Position numbers and translations under genes: made by a program. A DNA stretch of 64,000 nt from Yuukianura sp. NJ FZ-2021 (lineage: Eukaryota), in the NCBI GenBank assembly GCA_046563655.1, contig CM102287.1:2666001-2730000 (forward strand), in the 5' to 3' direction. The notes under the pieces were generated by a model. It had not been told where the DNA came from, made no database searches, and was given only the letters and a program-made list of their open reading frames with translations. Below, piece after piece: positions 15,001 through 28,700 of the stretch. Every line of letters begins with the position of its first letter. Positions within the stretch are counted from its first letter, which is position 1.

Positions 15001-18000
15001 ATGACAATCATCCATCTTCCCACACAGAAAACACGAATCCGTAAACTTACACCGAAAAAACTTCAAAAACGTCAAAAACCGTTGTAAAATGAAACTCATA
15101 GACAATGAAAACCTAAAAAATTGCAATTTCTGCAAGGAAAAACTCAATGAATTTTCCGCGGTCTTAAATCAGGATTAAGAAAACATTTCACTGAATTCGG
15201 TCCCCAAATCAAAACTGAACTTTTTCTATCAAAGCTGAGTTTCAGCGAAGATTTTTTCGATTGGTGGTTAAGCTGTAAGGAAAATTGTTGATTTTAAGCT
15301 ATGTTTCGAGTAAGATGTTAAGTTCAAGTTATGTTTTGAGTAAAAATGTTAGGTTTAAGTTAATTTTTAAGTAAAAATGTGAAGTTTAAGTTATGTTTTT
15401 CCAAAAATGTTAGGTTTTGCTTACTGAAGAAGTGGTTTTTGGTCCTGAGGTAGGCCACTGCGAGTCGTAGGATGGACAGTCGATCCAGTTTGGACAAAAT
15501 GTTTTGTTCAAAGGGCAGAAGGGAGGCGAGCGTATCGAGCTCCGAGTTGAGTCGTTCCCGGTGTCTTTTGGACGGATTGCTCTTCACCACTCCGTCCTTC
15601 GGAGGAGGCTTAATGCTAAAAACACACGAAAACACAAATGATCAACTTCAGTTTCAGTTTTTTGGAATTTGAAATGAGTGTAATAGGTGTACAGTTCCAT
15701 TCATTCCTTCCTGCCTGCCTCAACTAAAAGCGGAAGACCAATTTTCATAAAAGTTAAAGTGCGTCTGGGTTGTTGAGAGAACCGAGTAAGGTTCGACCAA
15801 TTTGGTGAAATTATGCTCTAAAACTATAGTTGACTGACATTGAGGAAATGGTGATTGTTGGACAAGGTACAGAAAGGCACTTGGAATAACAATCCTAACA
15901 ATGTAGCAGTCAAGAAAAGTTTGAACTTCCACAACTTCAGTCTTCCAAGTCCATAATTACGATTTTGAAAACAACAAAAACCGCTTCCTACTTTTCAGTT
16001 TTTAGTTTTCAAAAAAAAAGTATAATTACAAGGGCCACTAATTATTAAGTACCAACAACATCATCTTCAACAGGAAACAAAAATTACAAAAGTTTGCAAA
16101 AAAGAGAAGCCAGAGTTACAAAATTTTGCAGGGAAAAGCAAAATGACAAAATTTCGAAAAGATAAAAAACCGAAAGAAAAAAAAAGTTGCGAAGGTTAGG
16201 AAATTTGTGAACAAAGCACTAATAAGTTGGAAAACAGATGTCGACTATAATTTCGTTCAGCTTTCAAAAATGAATTGAAAATTCGTAAAATTTTGACAAT
16301 TTTGTGTCTTATGCTAAGTTTAATTGTAATTCCAGTTCCAAAAAGAAAGAATTGAGTCATTTTGTGAGATAGTTGCCATAAAAGGATTGTGTTTTTTGGA
16401 ACAAGAGATTCGAGTGTCATAAATTGTGGTGAGGATGCTGCGAGTGGAGGATCTTAATGATAATTTTCCACACCTTGGAGGTGAGTTATGAGCAGTATTT
16501 GATAGTTTCCATTGTACTTGGATACTTGCAAGTATCCAAGTACTTGCAAGTATTCTGGAAGAGGCGGCAGAATTTAAAACAAAAGAAAAGTCTTAATTCA
16601 TTTCCTGGACATGAGTCGTCCGTGGGCGAAAGGCGGAGTCAAGGGAGTGGAGAAAGTCATTCAAACACTCTAATACTCAGTCATCAATTATTCAAACACG
16701 GTTTTCAAAAAACTAAGAAGAAGAACCAATTTTTGAAAAATGTCAACTTTTAGTTTTAAACTCTCCGGAGAACTGAAGAATAAAAAGTTTTCGCTTAAAA
16801 ATTGAACAAAACCGACAGGCCCTTAAGGGCTTTGAAGAATAAGGACACATTTGACTACTTCTTCTGAACATTTTTTAAAAAGTTGTTCAAACAGCACATG
16901 CTTAATTGTTACTTTTGATTTGACTTTGTCTTTGTGCTTGTTAAGGGCTCGTCCCTTAACTAATGAACTTAATTTCTGTTTCTGTTTTTCGGTTAATTTG
17001 GCTCTGTTTTCGGTTGTTTTGTGTGATTGTGTGGTGGATTTATTGAAGTGAGTGACCATTAACCGGATTCCGCTCAACTGTTCTACCGAAGTCCCTCAGA
17101 TTTATGACCCTGCTTTCCAAGTAGTACCCTTAAGGGCATCAGCATAAGGGCACCAGCATCAGTACATCAGCAATTAAAGGGGTCCCCACTTCCACACAAA
17201 TCTAACCAAAGACAATCCAAATCTTGCCGAACTTCAAATATTTAGAGGCGCTGGACACAGATTTCGATCAAAATAGGAAAAACAACAAAAATTTTTCTTC
17301 CAAAGTATTGAAAGGAAAGAAAATTTCAAAAGTTAATCTGACCTTACTACAGGTAGTGGTTTGACCTTTGACCTCAGAAGTTGTTAAGTTTGAAACTAAA
17401 AGTGCAATAAATAATGAAAGTTGTGTTTTCATTGTGATCAGGGGAGAGATGAGAGATGCGATGGAAGATAATGAATAAATCTACTTTTTTAAACAACATT
17501 TTCTAAAGATCTGAAGAAGGAGAGATGCCCTTGCCCCCTGCTGATTCAATCCAAATTAAAATTTCATTGCTTCACTTATATCTCCAACAAAAAATCACTT
17601 TTCATCCAAAAATTGAAAACAAATCAAACTTAAAAAAAATGATCAAGAGCACTGATTTACTCAAAATTAAAAAAATAACCCAGAAACTCACAAAGCTGAG
17701 AACTTGAGAAAATCAAACGCTTCTCGAAAAAAGTAAAGAAAAAATTCAAATTAGAAAGGATTTTCAGCAGTTCTTTGGTGGTTTTACTTGGTGAAAGAAA
17801 AGGAGTAATTTCTTCAAAAAATTCAATTTTTTTTCAAAAAAATTTATTTTCTTTTAATTTTTCTCTTCCGAAACTTTTTTTAAAGTAAAGCACCCAGACG
17901 TTGTGTGGGATCCTCGTTTTTTGTGGTCATGAATAACAGGAGCTTTTGTGTTAGGATGTGATGATGTTGGATTTAGAAGATGCGATCTTTTGGGAAGAAT

Positions 18001-21000
18001 CTCATCTTGTGGATCTCCAACTTAAAGAAAGAAGATGCACAAGATGAATCAAGGGCATGAGATTGGAAAAGTGAAGCTGGAGTTGGATTTGGGAAGAAGC
18101 GAAGGAGCCCATTAGTCACTTGAGCCTTCATCCAGGTCTAATGGTCCCTTGGCCCTTTCCCATGCTGCTCATAAATCCAAACCAACACCGATTTCCATGC
18201 ATAATAACTTATTAACAAAAAACATAACCTGAAAAACATAACCTAACAAAAAACATAACACAGTTCATGAGCACCACGGTTGAGCCACCTCAACTTAAAC
18301 CGTGCATCGGCAATATTTTATACAATGTCAAAAGAACCAAAACACAACTGAAACTAACAAAAACCAAAAATAATCCAAGTTAATCGCGCATTAACTTCCG
18401 TTTCGAAGCTGAATTCGGTCCCTTAAGGGACCATCTCAATTCAAAACTAATTTTCAAAATGTGAATTCTGGTCACTGGTCAGTTGTACAGAAAGTTTATG
18501 AACCGTGAACCACCAGCACACGCGTAGCAGCCTACTCGTAGCATATGTCCAATTGTTTTGTTTTTTCAAAATTTTGAAAAAAGCGGAAGTACATTAAGGG
18601 CCCTTTAAGTCCCAAAAGACATGTTGACAGCGGAAACTGACCCTTACAAGGCTCTTTTTTCAAAATTTCGAAAATTGGAGGAAAATTTTTTCAAAGGGTC
18701 AAAAAACCTAATCGTCTGTGACCCCTTGTAGTACCAAGAAGGGATAAGTACCCCTGTACAACTTCACTGTGCAGAGGGGTACTTAAGGGTACACAAGAGG
18801 AGCATAGGGTTTTGAGTTGATTGAAATTTTGAAACTTTTGGGAAAGTGGAAAAGTGAAAGTAAACAAATTAGTGAAAAGTTTACAAATTGTTACTGTTGT
18901 TTTTTGAGGTTTGAGGGGGAGGGGGTGGAACTGGTTTTATTAAATATTCAGCACTGTCCAACCTATAATACTAGTTTAGATGGATGACAAATTCTGGTCG
19001 ATTTCAATCTACCAAACAACTTTTCTAAAAAAAACTGTTTTTCATTGTTCTAAAAACTTAGAACAAGGTTTTTGCCAAAATGTAGACCAAAAGTTCCTTG
19101 TTCCTTTGTAGAGCTGAAATGTTTGACGGAGTAATTAGGGGGTAAGTTTACAGGTAATCACAGGAACCAGGCGCCACTCTGACCTTTAGCACAAAAATTT
19201 AGAACAAGGTCTTTCAAAAAACATGCTTTTTAGAACAAAACAGTTAAAAACACACAGATTCAAATGAACATTCAAAATCCTCTGTGAAAGTTCAGCAGAA
19301 CAGTTAAAATCGAAATTGAAAGTTTAATTTCTCCTTGGAAAAAAGTCTTGTGACTGTTTTTATCTTTCTAAAAAATCTTCCGAATTTTAAATTCCTGTTT
19401 GTTTTACTATCCAAGATCAACATTCTGATCATTTTGGAAACTCTTGTGCTATTTTCCGATTACTTTGATAAAATTCTGCTTTCTCTTTCAAAGTTTTCTT
19501 TATAAATTTTTTGTTTTGAAGCAAATTGTTAAGTTAGGAAATGAGGTTGTTCCATTAGATTGAATTGATGTTAAGGGCAGGGGGGACTTGAAGGGCGACT
19601 GACAGCTACAACTAATGGTTGGACACAAGTGAAAGACATCCGTCGCCAGGCAAAAACAACTTCCAGAGTATCTTCTGTGGATCTTGGAACATCTCCTGTC
19701 AGCTCCCAACCATCAACATGAGTAATTTACCTCACACATCTCCTCACCCATGTTGGACAACAATTCAAAGTGACAAGTGGATGACCTTAGACCGAGCAGG
19801 GCCCTTAAGGGCCCAGGCTCTGATTTCAACAGAATTGGTTCAATCAACTCATCAGACGACTTTCTTCTAAGGGCTTCCCTTCTCAAGTTCCGCTTTTCAG
19901 TCAAAACGACTCAATTTACACAAAAACTTTTTTAAAAAATCAGAAATCAGAAGAATAAGCGTTTTAGTCAACCCCAAAATGAGCGACGGAAAGTAAAACT
20001 TTCAGACTAACTTTTCAAAAACCTCCTAAAAAGAAACACTTTTTAAACAAAATCTTTCCAACAGGAAAAAGACGCTGCGCAAGGAACTTGAATTTTCATG
20101 CGCAGTGACCACGGCTTTGTCTGAGCATCTTAAATTTCGAAGCGGAAGAAACTGAAACTGTGAAACTTTTTAGAAAATAGCGGTGATGTTTTGTGTTTGA
20201 GTGAGTCAGTTGTTGTGTTGGACTGTTTGAGTATTTTGGAAGTGTAAAGTTAATGGTCAATTAGAATTGTAGATCCAAGGAGTCTTTTACCTCTTGAGTG
20301 CAAGACAACTTCATAAGACTATTCTTCATCTCCAAATTCAAAAACTACCCTCCAGCACAATTGGACTTTATGGGATTCTGAGTCAATGAAGCAAAGGAAA
20401 AATGTAATTAAACTCGGGGTTTCAAAAACTAATTTCCACGTACGACCACTTCCAGTCCACTTTCTGCTCGTTTTCAACTTGTTTACAATTCATCCAAACA
20501 CTCCTCCAGTCCACCCACTAACACAAACACTTCACAACTTCAAAAGTTTTGTATTTTCAAAATTTAAAAAAAAATCGTTTTTCAAATTTTGAAACTTAAA
20601 ATTTCTGCGATGATTCAGAAAGATACAGTGAAATCACTTGCTTGGGATTTACGGAGCTGGGGACATCCAAAAACTAAAAATGAAAAGAATTTTTCACAAA
20701 AATAAAATAATAAAATTTCTGAGTGGCGTTGAAGCGAAGCTTTGAAATTCAAAAGTTTTCGAATTTTCAAAAAGAACAACTTTTTGTAACTTTTGCCCAA
20801 AAACTTTCCTGGAATTTGACAAGAATTGTGCAAAAATGGGCAAATTTGAGAAATTGGAAAGAAGAAGTGACCTTGGAAGGTCATATTTTTGTAGGAAGTG
20901 CGTGAATGAGTGTTAAAAGTTAAAAAGTGTTCATGTGAAGGAGTTGGATTTTTAGTTTCAAATGTTTCCAAGTTTCTTTTGAACACGCAAATTGCCGTGG

Positions 21001-21985
21001 TCTGAGCAGTTAGAATCCCGTTGTGTCTATTTGGAACTTCCTGCTGCTAGGCCCATTGTTAACCCGTGACGTGCCACTAGTTCATCAACTTAACTTTTTA
21101 CGAAGGTGTGAGAAGACTGTTACATTTTTAAGAAGTTCAAACATCTTCACAACTGGAGGTCACGAGGTCATGCGAGTCTCGCGACTTCATAAACATGCAA
21201 ACTGGACTCACTTTTGTGCAATTCCTGGCCTAACTGAATCAGTTTCCAACTGATGGAAATTGCATGCCAAATTTTGAACGTGCTCAAAACAATTCCGACG
21301 AGGTGACACCTTCAACTTGAGCCTTAACGAACCGCACGCACGGAATTCCTCAAAACGCAACAACCGTCAAAACTTGACATCCAAACATAACTGCAACTGC
21401 ACTCAAATGCAACATCACAACATATTTCACACTAACCTAATCAGACATAGCCTAACTAACCTAATCGAACTTAGCCTAACTAACCTAATCGAACTTAGCC
21501 TAATCTGTGACGGAAGGATGCTAACTGGATTTGTCCAGAAATTGATTAGTGCAGAGCTGACAAATTGGAAATTGTGGTAATTAGAAAGAGGTGAAATTAC
21601 TTTTATCAGTTTCTGTACAACGCTAAATGTGTTTCCTAATTAAACAGCGATTGCAGATGAGCAGTAGGAACTCTTCATAACTTTTCAAAATTTCGAAAAT
21701 TCGAAACCCAATTTTGAAAAATGCATTTTCAAAATACTTTCAAGTACATAGGAGAAATCGGTCCAGCACCTACAGAAGACTGGAAATTGTGCACTGATAA
21801 ACTCATTTTGTTTTAAACGGCGTCAAACTTTTACACGGATTCGATAACTTTTTTTCCAAGTTTTTTTTTTCAAATTTCAAAATAGTTGACCTCGAGGTCA
21901 AAGTTGAAAGTTGAAGTTGAGTGGCTCACCTTTTGCCATTGCGTCGACGTCGTTTCGTAGCATAGACAGTGCCCAACTGATTCAT
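59..21985 (-). CDS. ss: Aryl hydrocarbon receptor / spineless ortholog (bHLH-PAS transcription factor), 5' part; continues beyond the left edge
   Basis: Six phase-compatible GT-AG exons: 21985-21930 ([18 protein letters not shown]; an in-frame upstream ATG lies at 22000), 15615-15425 (b[44 protein letters not shown]), 4584-4478 (..LDGEMFLQ), 2368-2276 ([22 protein letters not shown]), 1216-1004 ([40 protein letters not shown]), 246-59 ([22 protein letters not shown]). The motifs match insect Spineless/AhR. Confidence 0.96.
12102..12220. repeat. Degenerate short tandem repeat (TATGTTTTAGAC-like units)
   Basis: About five imperfect copies of TATGTTTTAGAC in spineless intron 2. Confidence 0.7.
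12805..12878. repeat. Tandem repeat, ~28-bp unit, ~2.5 copies
   Basis: TGTGCTTTCACCTTAGTATGTTAGGTTA repeated with one substitution, plus a partial third copy. Confidence 0.8.
16514..16543. repeat. Perfect 30-bp loopless palindrome
   Basis: GTACTTGGATACTTG|CAAGTATCCAAGTAC is its own reverse complement; its core TACTTGCAAGTA recurs at 16541-16552. Confidence 0.9.
21432..21503. repeat. Tandem repeat, 24-bp unit x3 (CCTAA-rich)
   Basis: CTAACCTAATCGAACTTAGCCTAA x3, first copy slightly diverged. Confidence 0.85.
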
Positions 21986-22699
21986 AGCGACGTTTAACAT
22001 TTGGAACAAACGAAAACAGTTAGTTTAACTTTCCAATTAATTTCGAATTTAGTACAATTCCACTTTAATTTTCAATTTCCGTGTGTCACGCTCCAAAATG
22101 CGCCAATGCGGCACTCCGTCTCTTGTCACTCCAAATCTTTCAATTGTCAAAGATCTTCATCTCACAATGTCACAAACGGTGTGAAAAGTGACACAATTTA
22201 ACACACTTTTCCTAATCATACTACAAAAACTAAAAAGTTTTACAGATTTTGATCTTGTGTCAGCAGGAACTTGTCTCACAAATCAATGTTCTCAATCTCT
22301 ACACTACTCAGGCAGTATCGCACTAAAAACTTTCCAAAAACTTTGTTGGATTTCCTAATTGTCTACTTTCTCCAATTTGAAAATCTAGTTTTTGGATTTT
22401 TTTTTAAATTTCACTTTTTTGAAAAGTTTGTTTGAAATTTTGATATGTGGAGTGTTAGCCTATTGTTGTGGTTCCACTCCTGGCCAGATCCACTTTAACA
22501 CTAAATTGGAAATGCACAAATCCAGGTGAGAAGTGAGTTTGAGAGGGGAGTTTTTGCCTACCTGAGCGCCAACTAAGATCAACTTTGGAAAGTACAACTT
22601 TTGTTAGAGTGATCTCTGTGTTGGTGTTTTGCTGTTGCCTGGAGGTGGTTGAAGGGTGGCACAAGGTGGCTCAGGAGGTGGAGCTAAGTGGAGCCGTGA

Positions 22700-22762
22700 A
22701 GGCGGGGCAGAGGGTGGGGCTTAGGAGACCACATAGAAGAAGCATGGGGCGGAGAGGCGGAG
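22700..22762. promoter_or_regulatory. GC-box cluster ~0.7 kb upstream of the spineless start codon (candidate promoter-proximal element)
   Basis: GGCGGGGC, GGGTGGGGC, GGGGCGGAG and AGGCGGAG within ~60 bp in otherwise AT-rich DNA; function is inferred from position only. Confidence 0.3.
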
Positions 22763-25700
22763 TTACGACACACAAGAGAAAGTTCTCAAAACTGTTCTTT
22801 CACTTTCAGTTCTCATTAGGATCTCTTGTCGGACTTTTTTGGCAAGAGGAACGAATCCCCACGTCGGCGCTCTACAAAAAAAATGAGAGGAAGAAACTCG
22901 TGTTTTTTAAAAATGGTGGCACGGATTTTGGAAAAATCGAAACCTGAGGAACATGACTGATTGCTTTCTAAAGAACGAAATTCAAAGGAAAATTAAAAAT
23001 TTAAGAGAAAGTTATGCATAACTTTTCACCATTTGTAAAAAGTGAAATTTATCACAGTCGATGTGTTGTTGTGTGGTGACTTTTGACATTTCTGTGACCT
23101 TTGACCTCTTGACCTTTGTTACTTTTGAACTTAGACCATAACCTCTCCTATGTTTTTGGACACTAATGAGAAGTTATGGTGACAGGGGTGGGACAATAAC
23201 GACTTCCGGTATAAGAATCTTCACTTTTGGGACACTAAAATTTATGACTCATTTTCAAACACTTTTTTAAAAAAAACGGACAGATTAAGATCTCAATTCT
23301 GAAGAAAAATCTCTAAAAATCTAAGCTTTACCCCTTCCGCTGCCCACAATTTCAAAAAAACAGGCGAATTTCTCAGCAGATCAACCGAACTGCTTAAGCA
23401 TTTTTCGTTTTTCTCAACTTTTAATTTTTGAATGTGAATGGTTTAAAAGTCTAAAGTAAAAACCAAGTTTTGGTTGAAATTGGAATGAAATTGAGATTTT
23501 TTTAAATACTGTTGTCATTGCATGTCCATTACTCACATCCAGCTTCCTTTTCCGCTTTGCCTCTTTTCTGGAGCATGTTGTACTGTCCTAATCTTTATTG
23601 TTCATCTTATTCCTCCTCAGTAAAAGCAGCACTTTCTCCTTCCTTAAGGGACGGGAGGACTCAAGGGCTCCTTCAAGGGCCAACAATGTGTTGACAAGTA
23701 CTCAGGACCCTTTCAAATTTATGTCCTCAAAGAAACTTCCAAGGGACCTCCAACTGTTCCGCCAAGTGAGCACTTAACAATCTCTCATAAATTAAGTACC
23801 CCTCAACCCTTTGCCAAAAAAAACACACTTTTTAAAAAAGTAAATAAAAAAATTCAGGTTGTTTGTATTTTTGCATAGATTTAGGAATCCGAAAGTTTCA
23901 AACTTCAACATTTTCAAAATGTTCTAACTTTGGGTTTTTCTTGTATTTTTTTAACTTTAGATTTCGAACGGAGCCTTCCCCCTGTAATTTTTTTGTTCGT
24001 CTGTGCCCAATGGCACTTGGGAACTAAAATGTAATAACATATTGTATTCTTATTATTTTTTAGTTTCTTGTTCCTTTCTAAAACATTTCCAAATAACTCT
24101 CATTCCTCTTGTAATCGTAGGATCAAGTTCCGTCCGAATGATGAAAAAGACTCCAAAAGTTTGACATGCAATGCAATTCCCTTCTGGCGTACCGGTCTAC
24201 AACTCCACAACTAAAAACCAAACCGCAATTTTCAAACTTAATCGACTCACTTACACTTTGGACTGAAGTAACCTCAAGGGAGAGACGCAGCACAAGACGC
24301 CACAAATTGTTAACCTTTCAAAAAAAAGTAAAAAACAAAAGGTTGACCTCGTGCGTGACCTCTTCAGGTCAAGCAGGCCGTCTTCAGGTCAAAACACGGC
24401 GCTTCCAACATAAAACTTGCTCTAATTTGAAGTTTTGGTGAAAAAGAAATTTTGTTGCATTTTTTTGACAAAGTTCAACGCCGTTTGAAAATTTTCTTTT
24501 CCTGCATCACTAAAAACTTGTGTGGAAGTTAGTTCGATTTGTTGAATGCTACTTTCAAAATATGCAATCTTTTGAAGTACAAAGTGCTAGATTTTAAAAT
24601 TTTGTTGAAAGTGTGTTGGAAATTGTTGAAATTTTGAAAAAGTAGGAGTTTGAGTTGTTCCGTTTGGTCTGAGAATTTGTAGTGGGATCTTGAGAATAAT
24701 AAGCTCAGTGTGCATGAGACTGTTGATCATGCAATGGAGTAAATGATGGATTAGATTCCACTTGTCCAATTAAAGTGATCACACAGCAATCCAAACCACT
24801 TTTAGACAAAAAATTATGAAATCATTCCCCTGGGCATCTCACTCCATCATTTTCAAAAAGAGTGTTCCAAATTATCAAAAAATCAAAAAAAAATACTCCC
24901 CAACCACTTGAATCCTTCGTAATTTTCCGTTTTCTAAAAAAGTTGAAACAGAAATGGTTTAATTGAAATAGTTCATGTGTGGTCTAATTACAAAAATCAA
25001 CTTACAGTTCTTATATGCCATCACAATTTTTTTTTCTGTACTAAAATTAATAAAACCAAATCTGAAGTTCGGTGATGCTCACGAATTGTGAAAGTTCGTT
25101 TTTGCAGCTAAAGTTTTTATAGTTTAGAAAGTAAAAGTAAGATTTTGGGAGGAGATAAAATTGAAAAAGAGTTTTTCGAAAAGTGGGGAGATTTTATTTT
25201 CATTTTTCCCAGTGCATGGGAACTGTCGAGTGTAAGAGAGAACAAAGGATTTCCGTTGAAGTGGTTTGGTTTGTTATTTGGAAAATTATTTACCACTTTA
25301 CTCACAAAGTTCCAATTCTGAAAAATACAAAAAATGAAAAGTTTCATAACTTCCCAAGATCAAAATCTCAAAAACTTTTTCTCTCCTATGATTATAGTCG
25401 TAATTGGAAACTTTAAAGGGTGGAAATAGCAATTGAAAATGAAATCTAAACTCCACCTAACAAAAAATGGAATCTAAATTTATTTCCAAAGCCTAACATC
25501 AAAAGTTTTAGAAAAAGCATGATCAATTTCATTTTCTCAAGGTTTTTCTATACAAATATATTTTGGAAAATATTGTGATAGCAGATGGAATTGGAGAGAA
25601 TTTGAACAGTAGCACTGAAAAGAAGTTCAGTTGACATTTATGTCTGTGTCAAATTTTATGTTTAAGTTTTTGAATTTTAAAATTTCCAGCATTTTTGTGA

Positions 25701-28700
25701 CATGTAAGTTCTGACAGGATGGAATTTCTGTCCATGCTGTTGGAAATAGCACGAACATGAGCAACTTCATGTAAAAATGTAAGACTTTGTCATAAGATCC
25801 TCGATTTGGACAGTTCACGACATTGAATTACATAAAATTTAATATTATTACATTAATATAATACATTTCTATTAATTGATGTATATAATTATGTTTTGCA
25901 TAATCAACTAAACTCATCACTTCACAGTCTAAAACCTACTCAACTGATGTTTCTCCATTGTCAAAGGATAGGTGGAATTTTAATATGTTTTGCCGGAGTT
26001 GAACTTATTCAACAAAAAAAATTCGAAAAACACATTTCCCAATTAAATTTAAGTTTAATTATACTAACTTTTAGATTTTTTATATTAGAATTCAACTTTT
26101 TCTGTTTTGTAATATAAATAATTGCTAGATTCTTTCGTTGAGTGAAGGCCACAGGACAAGTATGACTGAAAAACAACATTTGGAAACTGCTGCTGTTCCT
26201 TTTGCGTTGTAATTTTTGTTAAAAATTGTGTTTTTTCTTTGAGAAAAATTTAGAGAAACAAAAGAAACCAGAAATAAGCAGTAGAAAATTAAAGTAACAG
26301 CAGCAGCTAGGCAGAATTTTTGAGTTTGTACAAAGAAGTTCTTTGGTTGGATCAAGTTAAACTCGTCTTCGAACAACCAATAATTTCCATTTTTCAAAAA
26401 TTGGCACCGATTATCTGTTATTAGACACAAGTGGTTGGCAAAACTTGAATTTATTCAAATTTTTGCAAACTTTGTTCATTGTTCTTTCTTTTTGCAAAAT
26501 TGCTTCTCTCTCGTTTTCCTTAATCCGGTTGTCATTGATTTGAAGGACAAAAATTAATTTGAATTTCAACAATGCAATGTTCGTGTTCCCGAAAACTTTT
26601 GCAAAATTGAAATGAAATATTTTGAAAAACTGAAAAATCGAAATGGCGAACATGAGTTTCATTAGTCAAAGTGAAAAAACATGACAAAGTGGTTTGAATT
26701 TTGATGAAAGTGGGCACTTAAGACTAAAAAGTCTCGACCTGTGGTGTCAACCCACTTAAAAATTTATGAATACCTCACTACTACACTTGGTTTTGTTGAA
26801 TTTCGAACTGCTAGATGAAATTGGAAATTTAGAACAAGAGTCATTGTTCTGAAACTTTTTTTTAAAAAAGGATTTCGAACTGACTTTGTATATTTCTAGA
26901 GCTCGTGCAACATGCAAAAGTCGTGTCAAATATACACCGTGTTCCTTTCAATTTCAGAGTAAAAATTAAGTCAACTTTTTAAAAAGTGGTCTACCATTTC
27001 CAAAACAGTTGGCATGTTCTGCACTCCTCTGTTCTAAACAAAAGTAGTTTCAGAATCTGTAACTTTTTAGAAAAAGAGCCTTGGAGGAGGTTCTGGAAGG
27101 CTCCAATTTGGTATATTTTAAGTACAATCAAAAGTCAACTGACTGACATGGCAAAACTCAATTAGAAAAAGTAAAAGTTTCTGAGCGTTCGTGACTTGAT
27201 TTGTTTTGAAAACCATTTTTTCTGCTCTGCTAAAAAAAAAGAGTCTACTTTTTGAGAGAAAGTTATGAAAAAAGAAAAATTTTATGGAATTTTGGTTTTA
27301 TTTTGATGGATGGCTCCATTAAATTTCCAAATTGGACCACTTAAGGCTACTTTCACTTTAACAAAGTAGAGTGAAAGTCCTTATCTTAAGTGCACAACTT
27401 TTTTTCAAAAAAGTAGACTTTTACAGTTTTTTCTAAAAACCATCACATTGCTCCATTGTTCCAAAAAATGAACCTCTCGACCGAAAACACGGATTATTCA
27501 AATGCAAAATCTAAAATCCAGTGAATTCTCGAATTCTGGCGAAATTTTGAAATTTGAGAACATGAAAATTTTGAAAAATGTATTTCTACTGTAACTGTAC
27601 TGACGTACTGTTTTATTTTCATTCGAACTGCAAATGATAAAAGGAGAAAGGAGTTAGACAATTCATTCTTAGAAAAACAAGAAATGGACATCTTGTTCCG
27701 TTTTGAAACGGAATCTATGCTGTCATTTTGAAAAAAAAATTGAAGAACGTGAAAGTGCAACTGAAAAGTGGATTTCATGACACACGGAATCCCTTGTCTC
27801 GCATGCTGAGGTCCACTTGAACTTGAAAACAAACGAAAGTCTTCCTTCCTTGGGGAAAAGGCACGAGCTACTTGCTTTTTTAAAAACGTTTAAAAAAACA
27901 TCTTCATCTTGAGCTCATTGGACCATAATCGGTTAAACCCTGTTCAAACAGAGCAGTTAGAAGGTGTGATGAGCTTTGTAAGTTCCGTGTAAAGAGTGAT
28001 CAGTTGTGGTCATTATTAGGTTCAAACACGACATCTCTTCAAATCCAATCACGTACGAATAGTTACTCCCTCCGCCAGTTTTCACTTTTTCATGTCAGCA
28101 ACCAATGCAACTAACAAACACCCACTCAAACCTCAAAAACTTTAAACAGCAACACTTAAACAGTCTTATTAAGATCTCACCAGGCACGGAACATCACAAA
28201 TCATGCAAGTCACCTCCGAAAACAAACACTTTTCACTTTTCACTGCACGTAGAAAAAATTCACGCGCGAAAAAGTGGAGCGACACAGATTCAAATCCACG
28301 CCGCGTAAAAAATTTCACGTGGCAGTCTCCTCTTACTTGCTGGACGCTGAGTTTTCGAATCACTTTCGTCATGACATTCTAACGCGTGGAAAACTGACGT
28401 GAAAAATTTTAATTCGCGAATCGACTCAAATTCGCGCCGCGTAGGAAATTCCAGGTCGTTAAGTTATGTTTGTTAGATTTTTTTTATAAGTAATTCGGTT
28501 GTTTACTTTCTGAAAAGTTGAAGCCTTCGCTTCTCAATTTTTTATAAAACCGAGTTTTAGCGGAAGTCCCTTGTCATCACATTTCAGTTTTTCTTTGAGT
28601 TTTGGAAGTTTTTGAAGTTTAGTTTAAGAATTTGAACATTTGTGGTCAAAATTGAAGCAATTACGATAAAAGTTTTGTAATTTTGGGTGCGTTGGGTCGC

